A stretch of DNA of 64,000 nucleotides, taken from positions 23,785,746 through 23,849,745 of the forward strand of contig NC_069001.1 in assembly GCF_001194135.2 (NCBI RefSeq), read 5' to 3'. Below the pieces are notes generated by a model that saw only the letters and a program-made list of their open reading frames with translations, was not told the origin of the DNA and searched no databases. Positions 23,913-37,054 of this stretch are shown here, in pieces (the stretch's first letter is position 1; the number at the start of each line of letters is the position of its first letter). The stretch comes from Octopus bimaculoides (taxonomy: Eukaryota). A program made the position numbers and the translations under genes.

Positions 23913-24187
23913 GCTGAATGAAATACGTTGTTCCTACAACTCATTCAACTGTGGGTAATGGACTTACTTCTCTTATTCTCTATGAAAGTATCTTTCAAAT
24001 AGTTTAACAATAATTTTACCGTGAAATATAAATTAAGGAAGGGTTAGAAAAGGAGAGTATGAGGAAGAAATAAAAGATGGTGGTGATGAGGATGATGAGG
24101 ATGATAGAGATAAAAAGGAAAAGTACAGTGAAGACATTTTTTTTTGTTACTGATGTTCTTGAACTTAAAAGGATAAGGGATACTCTC

Positions 24188-24398
24188 TCTTTTACTCTTT
24201 TACTTGTTTCAGTCATTTGACTGCGGCCATGCTGGAGTACCGCCTTTAGTCGAGCAAATCAACCCCGGGACTTATTCTTTGTAAGCCCAGTACTTATTCT
24301 ATCACTCTTTTGCTGAACCGCTAAGTGATGGGGACATAAACACACCAGCATCGGTTGTCATGCAATGCTAGGGGGACAAACACAAACACACAAACACA

Positions 24399-24440
<42 letters not shown>

Positions 24441-24604
24441 CGAAAGGCTTCTTTCAGTTTCCGTCTACCAAATCCACTCACAAGGCTTTGGTTGGCCTGA
24501 TGCTATAGTAGAAGACGCTTGCCCAAGATGCCATGCAGTGGGACTGAACCCGGAACCATGTGGTTGGTAAGCAAGCTACTTACCACACAGCCACTCCTGC
24601 GCCT
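24188..24604 (-). mobile_element. SINE family A, full length, young
   Basis: Complete from the tail repeat (tcttttac) to the head ccactcctgcgcct, with CpGs retained. Confidence 0.95.
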
Positions 24605-25369
24605 ATAAGAAATATATTCTGTAATTTTCTCCAAATCCCTTATTACTCTATCACCACCACCACCATTATCATCATCATGCTCATCCTTTTCTGCCTCCTT
24701 ATTATCGCATCATCATTAATATAACAGGTCGATAAATTTGGTTGTGAATTTCCCCCTCCCCAAATGTTTTCCTTTTAGTGTCTTTACTTTTCCGTTCTTC
24801 TCATTTTCAATAAAAACTCAAACACAAAACACTCACAATATCACAACAAACAATTGAGAAGCCAAGAGTTTAGAACAGTCACACACATTGACAGGCTTTT
24901 CTTGACATTATGTCTTGTCTGACTGAAATTCCAAAGAAATCAAAAGCTTTGTAGTCAGTGACCAAACTGCTCCAAACATTTCAGATTCTGCAGGATGAAC
25001 AATGAAAGGTAGCAAACTGGCAAAGTTGTTAGAGCATCAGACTAGATACCTTGTAGTATTTGTTCTGAATATCTAGATGCTTGAGTTCAAATCTCTGTAC
25101 AGTCAAATTTGTTTTTTATTCTTTCAGGGTCGGCAAAAGACCCCAGTCGAGATCAGTGGATTGGTGAAATTGTCAGAGCTTTATGGTACTTGTTTTTTGT
25201 GTGTTCTAAGTTTTGAAATCCCATTTAGATCCCCATTATAAGTGAAGTAAGTTTTCCCAGATGGGTTAAGGACTCTGTCACCCATCCCAAGAGAACACTA
25301 AACCCAAAGGAGTTTCTGTCTTTATTGAGTGAGGACAATCTTAGGACACGACGTGCTCAACAGATAACA

Positions 25370-25730
25370 ATGACAACTACAGCGATGATGATGATGATGA
25401 TATTGGATGAATACAACAATAGAGATGATGACACTGATGGTTAAAGATGATGACAATTATTATGATGATTATGGTACAATGATGGTGATGACAATTTTGA
25501 TGTCATGATGATGGTGATAATAACGAGAAGGAAGAGGAGGTTCAGGATGAGGATGATAATTTCAATGAAGATGATAGCATGGTGAGGATGATGATGATGA
25601 TGGCATCTCAATGATGGTGATGATTATGAGGAAGAGGAGGAAGAAGTTCAAGATGAGGTAGATAATGACAATTTCAATGATGACGACAAGGATGACGGCG
25701 ACGGTAGTGATGTGAATGGTGACCACAACA
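25370..25730. repeat. decayed (GAT/GAG/GAC)n low-complexity tract
   Basis: Trinucleotide-rich, with stops in the acidic frame. Confidence 0.8.
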
Positions 25731-26114
25731 ACAAATTTACCTGTGATTAGTAATATTTCTGTGACCTTCTGTTCACTCTAACAAGTAAGTAAAAACAGAG
25801 TTGAAAGAACCTCCAAACAACGACATCAACAACAACAACAAAAATAATAAAAATAAAAAAACAAGAAAATCAGTAACAAAAGTGTGATATTAGTAGAATT
25901 AAATAACGAAGACAGTTACTAGCCATGTTTAACTAAAAGACTAACTTGTACTTGACTAGTCTAACAACAACACTTTCGTAAATATCTCTCTTAAGCTAAT
26001 GTGCCAAACACATTGAACTTCTGGCTTTTCTCAATGTTGTTCTTGTTGTTATTGCCGGCTTTCTTTTTATTTTCATTTTCTGTTTTGATCTGATTTATTT
26101 GTTACATTATATAC

Positions 26115-26146
26115 ATACATACATACATACATACATACCTATATAC

Positions 26147-26236
<90 letters not shown>

Positions 26237-26242
26237 ATATAA

Positions 26243-26273
<31 letters not shown>

Positions 26274-26285
26274 TATATATATATA
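26115..26285. repeat. compound (TACA)(TA)(CA) microsatellite
   Basis: Seen directly. Confidence 0.95.
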
Positions 26286-26624
26286 TTTCGGTAGTTTTAC
26301 GTTTTGGCATTTTACTTATTTTTTTATATTTTTGTTGCACTTTTTTCTTTTTTCTTACCTTTTATTCTCTCTTTAATCTGTGCATATATGTGTGTGTGTG
26401 TGTGTATGTGCATGCATATGTATGTCAGTGGATGCATCAGTGTGTGTGTATATGTGTAGCTCTATTCTCATTTCTTTGTTCATTTCTGTCATTTTTTTTT
26501 TCTACCATTTTTTTTCCCCCCTCGTTTTCTTGTTTCTTTCACTCGTCAGCTAATCTTTCTGCTAAATTGGTTATCGATTAAACAAGGTAAACAAAAAGCA
26601 ACTTTGGAAAACATTTCCTAAAAA

Positions 26625-27840
26625 TATGGTATCAGTGGTTAGGGTGGTGATGGTGAAGGTGATCGGTCTGGTGATGGTGGTGGTGGTAATGTTGATGGTA
26701 TTAGTGGTTTGGTGGTGATGGTGAAGGTGATCGGTCTGGTGATGGTGGTGGTGGTAATGTTGATGGTATTAGTGGTTTGGTGGTGATGGTGAAGGTGNNN
26801 NNNNNNNNNNNNNNNNNNNNNNNNNNNNNNNNNNNNNNNNNNNNNNNNNNNNNNNNNNNNNNNNNNNNNNNNNNNNNNNNNNNNNNNNNNNNNNNNNNNN
26901 NNNNNNNNNNNNNNNNNNNNNNNNNNNNNNNNNNNNNNNNNNNNNNNNNNNNNNNNNNNNNNNNNNNNNNNNNNNNNNNNNNNNNNNNNNNNNNNNNNNN
27001 NNNNNNNNNNNNNNNNNNNNNNNNNNNNNNNNNNNNNNNNNNNNNNNNNNNNNNNNNNNNNNNNNNNNNNNNNNNNNNNNNNNNNNNNNNNNNNNNNNNN
27101 NNNNNNNNNNNNNNNNNNNNNNNNNNNNNNNNNNNNNNNNNNNNNNNNNNNNNNNNNNNNNNNNNNNNNNNNNNNNNNNNNNNNNNNNNNNNNNNNNNNN
27201 NNNNNNNNNNNNNNNNNNNNNNNNNNNNNNNNNNNNNNNNNNNNNNNNNNNNNNNNNNNNNNNNNNNNNNNNNNNNNNNNNNNNNNNNNNNNNNNNNNNN
27301 NNNNNNNNNNNNNNNNNNNNNNNNNNNNNNNNNNNNNNNNNNNNNNNNNNNNNNNNNNNNNNNNNNNNNNNNNNNNNNNNNNNNNNNNNNNNNNNNNNNN
27401 NNNNNNNNNNNNNNNNNNNNNNNNNNNNNNNNNNNNNNNNNNNNNNNNNNNNNNNNNNNNNNNNNNNNNNNNNNNNNNNNNNNNNNNNNNNNNNNNNNNN
27501 NNNNNNNNNNNNNNNNNNNNNNNNNNNNNNNNNNNNNNNNNNNNNNNNNNNNNNNNNNNNNNNNNNNNNNNNNNNNNNNNNNNNNNNNNNNNNNNNNNNN
27601 NNNNNNNNNNNNNNNNNNNNNNNNNNNNNNNNNNNNNNNNNNNNNNNNNNNNNNNNNNNNNNNNNNNNNNNNNNNNNNTATGGTATCAGTGGTTAGGGTG
27701 GTGATGGTGAAGGTGATCGGTCTGGTGATGGTGGTGGTGGTAATGTTGATGGTATTAGTGGTTTGGTGGTGATGGTGAAGGTGATCGGTCTGGTGATGGT
27801 GGTGGTGATAATGTTGATGGTATTAGTGGTTTGGTGGTGT
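26625..27840. repeat. 68-bp GT-rich minisatellite spanning gap 26798-27678
   Basis: Unit starts at 26643, 26711 and 26779; the same unit resumes after the gap. Confidence 0.9.
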
Positions 27841-28200
27841 AAATAACGATGATGGTGATGATAATAATTGTAATGGTAGTGATGGTAACAATGGGAAAAA
27901 ATGAGGATATTGGTGTTGGTAGGGTGTTGCCAGTGGTGGTGGCCATTGTACTAAAGTGGATAATGGTGGCGGCAGTTGTGGTGGTGGTGGCGATGGTGAC
28001 GGTAACAATGATGAGGCTGATGATGATGATGGCAGGGATAACAATGATGAGGCTGATGATGATGATGACAGGGATAACAATGATGTTAGTGATGATGATG
28101 CTGATGGTGGTTGTGATACTAATGATGACATCAATGTTAAGGGTAAATATAATAATAATAATAATAATAATAATAGTGACGATTAAGATAATGATGATGG
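27841..28200. repeat. (GAT/GGT/AAT)n low-complexity tract
   Basis: Trinucleotide arrays. Confidence 0.85.
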
Positions 28201-28380
28201 TGATGATACAAAGGACAATCTTGAAGACAATGTCCTTATGTGAGAGTGAATCCCTACTATGGCTTTTAATGATACATGTGCTTTACATGGATTAGTCTTT
28301 TCTTTCTCCCTAAACTTTAACCTCTTGACCTTTGCTGTTTGTCCTGTTTTTTGTTTTTAATTTTGATTTGTCTATATAGT

Positions 28381-28582
28381 CTTTTATTTGCTTCAATCAT
28401 TTGACTGCGGCCATGCTGGAGCGTCACCTTGATGGGGTTTTAGTTAAACAAATCAACCCCAAGATTTATTCTTTGTAAGTCTGATATTTATTCTATCGGT
28501 ATCTTTTGCCAAACTGCTAAGTTACAGCGATGTAAACTCACCAACACCAGTTGTCAAGCAGTGACAGGGGGCCAAGCACAAA

Positions 28583-28628
<46 letters not shown>

Positions 28629-28777
28629 CGACGGGCTTCTTTCAGTTTCCACCAGCCAAATCCACTGACAAGGTTTTGTCGGCCCAAGGCTCTAATAGAA
28701 GACACTTTACCAAGGTACCACACAGTGCGACTGAACCCGGAACCATGTAGTTGGGAAGCAAGATTCTTGCCACACAG
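28381..28777 (-). mobile_element. SINE family A
   Basis: ttgactgcggccatgctggagc, (CA)n(TA)n, acgacgggcttctttcagtttcc. Confidence 0.9.
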
Positions 28778-29554
28778 TTATTTTTTGGCCATGTAACAAC
28801 ATGTATGACTTTGTCAAACTTTCTCTTCCTTCCCTCCAGACTTTTACATCTTTCTGCTTTCTGATGAAAAACCATGCGCAAAATGTCCCCCCCCACTTTT
28901 TTTTTTTTTTTTACTATCTTAAACTTTCTTTAAGCATCAACCTAATACTTTTATTGCATGCATCATCCTTTTGACTTTTCTTGTTTTTCCTGTTTTTTAT
29001 TTCCCTTTTATTAATATATCTACTGGAGGTATGTCACTGAAACACAAGTCAGCCCTTTATTTTTGCCACCTCTCACATCCTTCTTATGCGAATTGTACCT
29101 CAGCTTATCTTTTATATTTCATTAACCGCCTTTCTGAAGCTACAAAAGAGAACTAGCTTACACCTGATATCACATCTTACAACAGTCAATGCTCTGAAAT
29201 AATGAAATAGGAAAAGATAGAAAGTGAGAGAGAGTGAATGAGAGTAACAGAGAGAGAGAGAGAGTGAGCGTGAGTAACAAAGAGAGAGACAGAGAGATAG
29301 AGAGAGCTACAGCGGAAGAGGGGTGTTTACTGGCAGGTGAGAGTATCATCTGTAAGATGACATCATCTGATGTCAACTGGTTACAATGTGCAGCACAGGA
29401 CTTTCTACATGGTCGCTCAACTAGCTAGAAATAGCAATCAAATCACCTTCAAATCACACCATATGTAATGAAGATATACTGGAAGATGTAGTTCCTGAAG
29501 TGCAAGAAAAACAGATTGCCACAGCTGCAATGCTTTACACCAGATAATCTTTGA

Positions 29555-29782
29555 TTAGCCCTTTAGCATTCATATTATTCTGTCAAATGTAATGCTTATT
29601 TATTCACATTGCTTTAAATTTATCATTCATGATCTTGTAGCTTTGAGATTTCAATGATATGATTGTTCATTTTTACAATGACATTGTTTGATAAGTGTGA
29701 GAGGCTGGATCTTGTCAGTTTAAATATAAAGCAAGTAGAATATTTGAGCAAGATATGGCTGATTTAAGCAGAAAATCGTTAA
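29555..29782. mobile_element. piggyBac-like MITE; partial copies at about 20881-21000 and 22550-22660
   Basis: Starts ttagccctttagcattc (ttaacccataagcattc in the 20881 copy) and ends gcagaaaatcgttaa; decayed TTAA-CCC type termini. Confidence 0.5.
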
Positions 29783-30010
29783 GGCAAAAGTAGTCCAAGA
29801 TACCACTAGAAAGACGGGAGAGTCAAAGTTGGGTTGGCTTTCATTTTAGGTCGTTTTAAATAAGGCTGATCAGCAGTGAAACAACAACAAAAAGCTTATT
29901 TGAAATACTCCTTAAGTCTTTTTGCTATAACCATCTGTCTCATTTAACACTAGTTTGTCTCTGCAGATCATTTCCTGTGCTGTATGATATTGTTTGTGGT
30001 TGAGGTTCAT

Positions 30011-30408
30011 GGATGGCTGTTGTTTAAGAAGCTTGCTTTGTAAGCATCTGGTCCCAGTTTTAGTCCATTGGATAGTATCATGGCTTAGTATCTTTATGAT
30101 AGCCTCCAGTCTTTAAAAAATGCTTTGTGAATGGAATTACTAGACTGGAATGGGGGCTGATTGGAATGTGTATTTGTTGTTCATACATACATTTTATATG
30201 TGTGTGTGTGTGTGTTTTTGTGTCTGTGTTTGTCCCCCCCACCACCACATGGAGTTTGTTTATATACCCGTAATATAGCAGTTCGGCAAACGAGACTGAT
30301 AAGTACCGGCCTTTAAAAAACAAAAAAAGTACTGGGGTTAATTCATTTGAGTAAACATTCTTCAAGGCAGTGCCTCATCATGACCCCAGCCTAACGACTT
30401 AAACAAGC
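30011..30408 (+). mobile_element. SINE family A, old
   Basis: gatggctgttgtttaagaagcttgc, gtgtctgtgtttgtcccc, caaggcagtgcctc. Confidence 0.7.
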
Positions 30409-30421
30409 AATGTGTGTGTGT

Positions 30422-30665
30422 GTACATGGCCTAGTGGTCAGGGTGTTGATAATCAGATTGTTGTCTCAATTCCTAGGTTGGGTGGGGCATTGTATTTTTG
30501 AGCAAAATACTACACCATGCACCTGTTCAGACAATGTCGATTTGATGGAGAGAGTGAGTTAATGTATGGCATAACCATTTGATTATTATAAACAAATCAT
30601 TTGTGCAAGTTGTTCAGCAGAAGCTGGACAATTACACATCGTCTTTGACGGGAGAGTCCGTCATA
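30422..30665 (+). mobile_element. tRNA-headed SINE (family F), decayed
   Basis: catggcctagtggtcagggtgttg A-box-like head, ttgagcaaaatac. Confidence 0.5.
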
Positions 30666-30998
30666 TATTTATGTATATCTATGTATGTCTGCATGTATGT
30701 GTCTGCTCCTATGTCAGCCTTTGTGTCAATACTGTTTGGAAAGAATGTCCAGTGACCAAAATGTATAGGATAGTATAAGACAGAGAAGGGGCAAGGTCAT
30801 AACCATTGCAAACTGGTGTAATTTCTTGTGAAGACTGAAGTAAAAATGTAGTAAAAGAAATAAAAATATCAAATAGTAAGTTAATTATATTTATTACAAA
30901 TATATGATATATTTAATTCACCTTTAATCAATTTAGATGCTGTTCACTAACCAAATTTAATTACACCTAATCGCAACAAAGCAGACTTCAAAAACATG

Positions 30999-31067
<69 letters not shown>

Positions 31068-31164
31068 CATATAGTTATCTTTTTGGTTGTTTGTGTGTGT
31101 GTTTCTGTATGTCTTCAGCCTAAAGACAATGCAACACAGACTTTAAAAGAAGGACTTCCTCTAT

Positions 31165-31297
31165 AATCCTTTCTACTTATAGCACAAGGCCTGAAATTTT
31201 GTGAGAGTTGATTACATTGACTCCAGTGCTTCACTGGTACTTAATTTATTGACCCTGTAAGGATAAAAGGCAAAATGGACCTTGGCGGAATTTGAAG
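31165..31297 (-). mobile_element. SINE family D fragment
   Basis: gcacaaggcctgaaattt, ctggtacttaatttattgaccctgtaaggataaaaggcaaa. Confidence 0.75.
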
Positions 31298-31831
31298 ACT
31301 TTCACTATAATGGCAGGTAGTTGCTGTTGAGAAAGAAATACGGTGAGTGAAAGAAAGATAGAAGAAAGAAAGAGAGAAGATAGAATTAAAATTTGGCTCA
31401 AGGGGAAAGGAAAAAAACTGGATGTTGTTGATGATATTAATAGGGTATTCAGCTTCTACTGAAGGATCTATTTCATCTTGATCAGGTCATTACCCGGTAG
31501 CACAGCAACACGTACAACTAGTATATTTAATACACCTTTTATCAATTTAGATGCTGTTCATTAACTGATTTTAATAATACCTAACTAAAATTAAAAGCAG
31601 TGCAAATGAATTATTTAAAAAAAATGCCTATATATATTTCAAAATAATTTAACTTAGTAACAATAGCTTTTCCATCACAAAGTCCTGTCTTTGATGTGAT
31701 TTGGTAGCTTGTGTGCCTTGATGATTCCAAGAGCTTGCCAGCAGAAGTCCAAGGTCCTGGTAGGGCTTCCCATGCTGGTCAAGTCAAAAGATAGAAGCCA
31801 CACTAATATGGACCATCTTTGGGCAAAGAGT

Positions 31832-32114
31832 AAAGACACCCTCCAGTCATTAATGACCATGGGATTGCACCTAGAAAGTTCCCCTCTGAGGCACAAGTCT
31901 AGACAAAGTTGTTTATGGAAGACCAGGAATCACCCATGCATACCAGTCTCCCCTCTCCATGCCACTGATGTTATCTAAGGGAAAGGCCAAAGCCGATACA
32001 GCTTGGCATCAGTGATATTGTGGCTCATTTCTGCAGATGAGTGAACTGGAGCAATGTAAAATAAAGTGTCTTGCTGAAGAACAAAACACAATGCACGGTC
32101 TGGTCTGGGAATCG
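31832..32114 (-). mobile_element. SINE family C
   Basis: atgaccatgggattgcacctagaaag to aaagtgtcttgctgaagaac. Confidence 0.85.
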
Positions 32115-32478
32115 TCATACCCTCTCTCTTTCCTTTCCTGAGCGTCCAATAATACTATCCATATCACGTCCTCACTTTGTTGTTTTTTTGTTTTTTTGTT
32201 ATTGTTTTTTTTAACTATATATATATATATATATACAAAACATATAGTTATCCTTTTGGTTGTTTGTGTGTGTGTTTCTGTGAAACATGGAAGATAATAA
32301 TTTACAAATTTTATTCAAAAATGGATTGTATAAGCTTTTAACAGTGAAATGATACATAATAAAAATTGAAAGTTGTAAATTTGCGCTTCCCTGTGCCTGA
32401 TGAGATCTAATGTTATTTTAATAACAATCATTAGTTTTATCATGTATAATATAATTACTACTACAGGTGAAAATTTAG

Positions 32479-32814
32479 TATCTTTTACTTTTAGCTTTTA
32501 CTTGTTACTGTAGCCATGCTGGAGCACCACCTTCAAAATTTTTTAGTTCAATGAATCAACCCCAGTAGTTAGTTTTTTAAGCCTGTAACATGCTATTGGG
32601 CCCTTTTGCCAAACTGCTAAGTTGTAGGGATGTAAACACGCCAACACTGGTTGTCAAGTGGTGCTGTGGGGGACAGACACAGACAAAGACACCTCCCACA
32701 CACACACACACATATGATGAGCTACAGTAGAAGACACTTGCCCAAGGTGCCATGCAGTGGGACTGAACCTGGAATCATGTGGTTGGGAAGCAAGCTTCTT
32801 ACCACACAGCCACA
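32479..32814 (-). mobile_element. SINE family A with internal deletion
   Basis: gccatgctggagcaccacc to agtagaagacacttgcccaaggtgccatgcagtggg. Confidence 0.85.
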
Positions 32815-33367
32815 CATTATGTTACCTCACTCTTCACCACCCCTCACTGCCTCTCAAAGCCTAATGCTTCCTTCAATATGCCCAGTGACCCCTAGGGTAG
32901 GTGGTACCGCCCATGCTGAGAACTACTGATCTAGAACCAAAGTAAATTTATAGAAGCATCAATGACAATTCCAAACCAACATGAGCAGGGGGAGGATGGC
33001 TTTACAGCCCAGAGTTGATGACAATGGAGAGCAATTATGGATGACTGCTGCCCAATAGGGAGCAATAAACTTAAGTTGTCTCTTATATTGTGCATATGTG
33101 TTATGCAGAAAGGAGAGGGTGTTGTTGATGCCTGGGCTTAACACCAAGAGGTTGTTATGTTATTTGTTTATACATTATCATTTTTACTGTTTTCAGTCAC
33201 TTAACTGTGGCCAAGTTGAGTTACAGCATTCAAAAGACACTACTTAAATAGCAACACTGGTTTTTTTTAACTGGTGTAATGACAGATAAAATCAAAGGAA
33301 GAGAGACAGACAAACAAAATTGCATATATATATATACACACACAAATATATCACCACCACCACCACC

Positions 33368-33660
33368 ACCATCATCGTCATCATCAGACATTTGTTTTCC
33401 ATGCTGGCATGGGTTAGCTGGTTTGACTGGAACTGGTAAGCCAGAGAGCTTCACTAGGCTCTAATCTTCTGTTTTGGCTTGGTTTCTATGGCTGGATGCC
33501 CTTCCTAATGCCAACAAACCTGCCAACCACAGGATGTACTGGGTATTTTGTACATGTCACCTGCATAGATGCCTTTTATGTTTCACTGGAATGGTAGCCT
33601 TTACATGCCACTGGCATGGGTACCTTCTATGTGTACCTTCTATGTGTCATTGGCACTAGC
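33368..33660 (-). mobile_element. SINE family B
   Basis: ttttccatgctggcatggg, ggctggatgcccttcctaatgccaac. Confidence 0.8.
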
Positions 33661-36460
33661 AGCATATGCATACTTATATGAAATTATCTGTCTATATATC
33701 TATCATAATGTAATGATGGTTCTTTGGTCAAATGGAGTACAAGACAACCTCGTTAGTCATGGGGCCATGACAAAATGCCACCAGCACTCTTTATAATATG
33801 GTTGACAAATGAGCAGAAACAATATTGGATTTAGAGGCCATTTCAACTTCTCTTGAGTTGGTGCCACACTAAAATGCACCCAGTAGATTATGTAAATTGA
33901 TTGTTGATAAAAGAAAAAGCATCATCACAAAGACGTGAACCAAAAATGAAATGTATGAATGAGAAGTGGTCCTCTAACCCATGCTAGCGGGAAAACAGAT
34001 GTAAATTTATGATGATGATGATGATAATGAAACTGATGGTAATGATGAATAATAATATATTTGTGGTTATTTGTGTGTGAATCATCAACTTATCATTTAA
34101 TGTCCACTTTTCAATGCTTGCATGGGTCAGACAGAATTTGTTGGGGCAGATTTTTTATTGTCATGTGTCCTGCCTGTATCCAGTAAACACGTGTGTGTGT
34201 GTCATATGTATATATATATATGTAAAAATTTCTTTGTGGTTTAACTTCATTTTATATATGAAAATAAACAACAAAGGTATATACATTATTTGTTAATTGT
34301 TGCATACACAGAGCTTGAGAGACCCTTTGTACTCTTTCCCCCCCAACTAGTGTGTTGGCATTGACAATAATTGGATGAAAAACTTGGGTGCTTGCTTAAG
34401 CACTTCGCAAATCTATCACCATTTTTCACATACACATGATTCCTTATATTCAAGCAACAGAAAGTAGCATTAGAACTTAGAACATATTGAGCTGACACTT
34501 AATACAAGGCCACACTTAGACACTCTACCATCCAACCATTCCACCATCTTAGTCTGGTATTAATTTCTCAACCATAAATAGAAGAAGAATAAAGTTGACT
34601 CAGTAGGATTTTTATCTGGGACTCGGCAGAGCAATGCATTCTATCAAGTTCTCTAACAGCAATTCTGCCTGTGTGGTTGCAAAATAGATTTGTGAACGAA
34701 GAAACCAGAGCCTCAGACGTTTGATTTATCTCTCTTACTTAGGTTTAAACCATGCCAGGCACACCCTACATTTGATTCTCATAAAAACCAGACACCAATT
34801 ACAGTGAGCATAATAACAAATATGATTCCTTTCTAATAATAATAACAATAATAATAATAATAATAATAACAATAATAATGACGATGATGATGACTTTATC
34901 TTATTATCAGTAACTATTAGCAGCACATTAGTTAAGCATTTCAGGATAACGTAAACACCATGAAAGTTAGTGTTCATCACTGATCTTGGTATAACATTAG
35001 TCTTATCACAGAGAATATAAAATGTTGCTTCCATTAGAAACAAAATGAAGGGTTGAAATACCGTGTTACTAAAAGAAGCAGTAAACAGAAAGCTTTCAGT
35101 GTTTTCTTCATTGCTTTTTTTATCTTTCTTTCTGTTTTTATGTCGATATATTTTTTAATAACTTTCTATATAACAAGGAAAAAAAAAAAATCAAATTGCA
35201 TATTTTCAAAGGCAAAAAGAGAAAAAAAAAAATACTGAAAGACCAACATGATATAGCAAAATAAATGACACACACACACATACACACACACATACACACA
35301 CGCATTAATATATATATATAGCGATTCTGTGCATCTGCATTTATGTTTACATACATAAACACATACACATTTATATGCATGCATACATACATAAACACAC
35401 ACATATTTCTATGTATACATGCATATGTATGTGCATAATTATTTATACGCATGCATATATATATATATACACACACATATATTTCATGTGTATATATAAT
35501 TTAGATTTATATACATACATATGCACATACACATGAATAATATGCACACAAACACACATTTATACATATACACATATACATTAGAAATTTTATGACCATT
35601 TACAAAGTTCATGCTAATGCTATGGCTAATTAATTAATTTATAAGTTGTTTTTATTACTTGCTGCAACTAGGACATAATAATGTATAGTTTTATGACTTC
35701 AGTAAAAATTACAACAATAAAAACAACAACAACAATAATAACAACAGCAACAACAGAGGAGGACAGCAACAAAAAATAATTCCCCTTGCAAGCGAGCCAA
35801 AAACAAAACAAAAAAAAAAAACNNNNNNNNNNAACTACAAACAGTTACATCAACAAACAAAACAATAGAACATCGACTGCAACATGAAAAAGAAAAATAT
35901 CTTTGACTGTATCTGAAGCTTTTAAATTAAAACTCTTTAAGCAAAATGTTATTGAAAATTAAAAGCTAAAAGCTGTTAGAGTTATTAAGATCTCTGTGTA
36001 GCTTGCTCTAACTCAACTAGAATATATTTCATCACTTAATGTCGGTGGTGGTGTAATTTAGCTTCACATCTGGCAATAGACATGTCTTTTTCTTGGTTAA
36101 TGTTACTGTTTGTGCTGTGTTTCTTACATAATGTTTGGTATCTGTCTTATCTCTAAGGCCCTGAACTTTAATATAAATTAATTGGCAGAAGTTTCATGGT
36201 GGGTAGCTATAGATTTGTAAAGTCAAACAGCAAAGTTTTCTTATGTATCTTGCTGCAGAAATGATAATTCTGTTTGTTTCTAACAGTGGTCTGAGGTCAG
36301 AAATTTAGAGTGAAGGACTAGTTAATAACATCAATTCTAGAACTTCACTTAATTTTGGAACTGGAACTCAGAACATAAAGCTAGAAGACATGCCACTAAA
36401 TATTTCATCCAGCATCCTATTGTTTCTACCAGATCACTAAATAATAATAACAATAATAAT

Positions 36461-37030
36461 GGTTTCAAATTTTGGCACAAGGCCAGGTATTTCATGAGGG
36501 GTTTAGTCGATTACATTGATCCCAGTAGTTGACTGGTATTTAATTCATCAACCCTAAAAGGATGAAAGGCAAAGTTCACCTTGGTGGAATTTGATCTCAG
36601 AACGTAAATATGGACGAAATGCCACTAAGCATTTTCCCCAGCACACTAACGATTCTACCAGCTTGCCATGTTATTGCTTTCATATTTTGGCACAAAGCCA
36701 GTGATTTCGGGGGAGGGGATAAGTCAATTATATCAACCCCAGTGCTCAACTGGTACTTATTTTATCGACCCCCAAAAGGATGAAAGGCAAAGTCAACCTC
36801 GGTGGAATTTGAACTAAGAATTTGAAGTAATGCTATGGCTAATTAATTAATTTATAAGTTGTTTTCATTACTTGTTGCAACTAGAGCATAATAATGTATA
36901 GCTTTATGACTTCAGTAAAAATTACAACAACAGCAACAACAACGGTGACAACAATAATAATAACAACAGCAACAACAGAATGAAATGCTGCTAATCATTT
37001 TACCCGGCTTACTAGCGATTTTTCCAGCTC
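36461..37030 (-). mobile_element. two tandem SINE D copies; the second is interrupted at 36828-36979
   Basis: ggatgaaaggcaaagt and ggtggaatttga motifs twice; head remnant gaaatgctgctaatcattttacccgg resumes at about 36981. Confidence 0.8.
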
Positions 37031-37054
37031 ATTGAATGATAATGATAAAGGGCC

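Noticed and set aside
25229-25246. 18-nt microexon candidate (IPIISE, donor gtaagt)
   Set aside because: A perfect donor hexamer is expected many times per strand in 60 kb, and there is no independent support
27956-28186. Acidic G/D/N-rich ORF
   Set aside because: Translation of GAT/GGT trinucleotide arrays; the other frames are equally open
29967-29981. 15-nt microexon candidate (IISCA) after a good acceptor
   Set aside because: Cannot be distinguished from chance without RNA-seq
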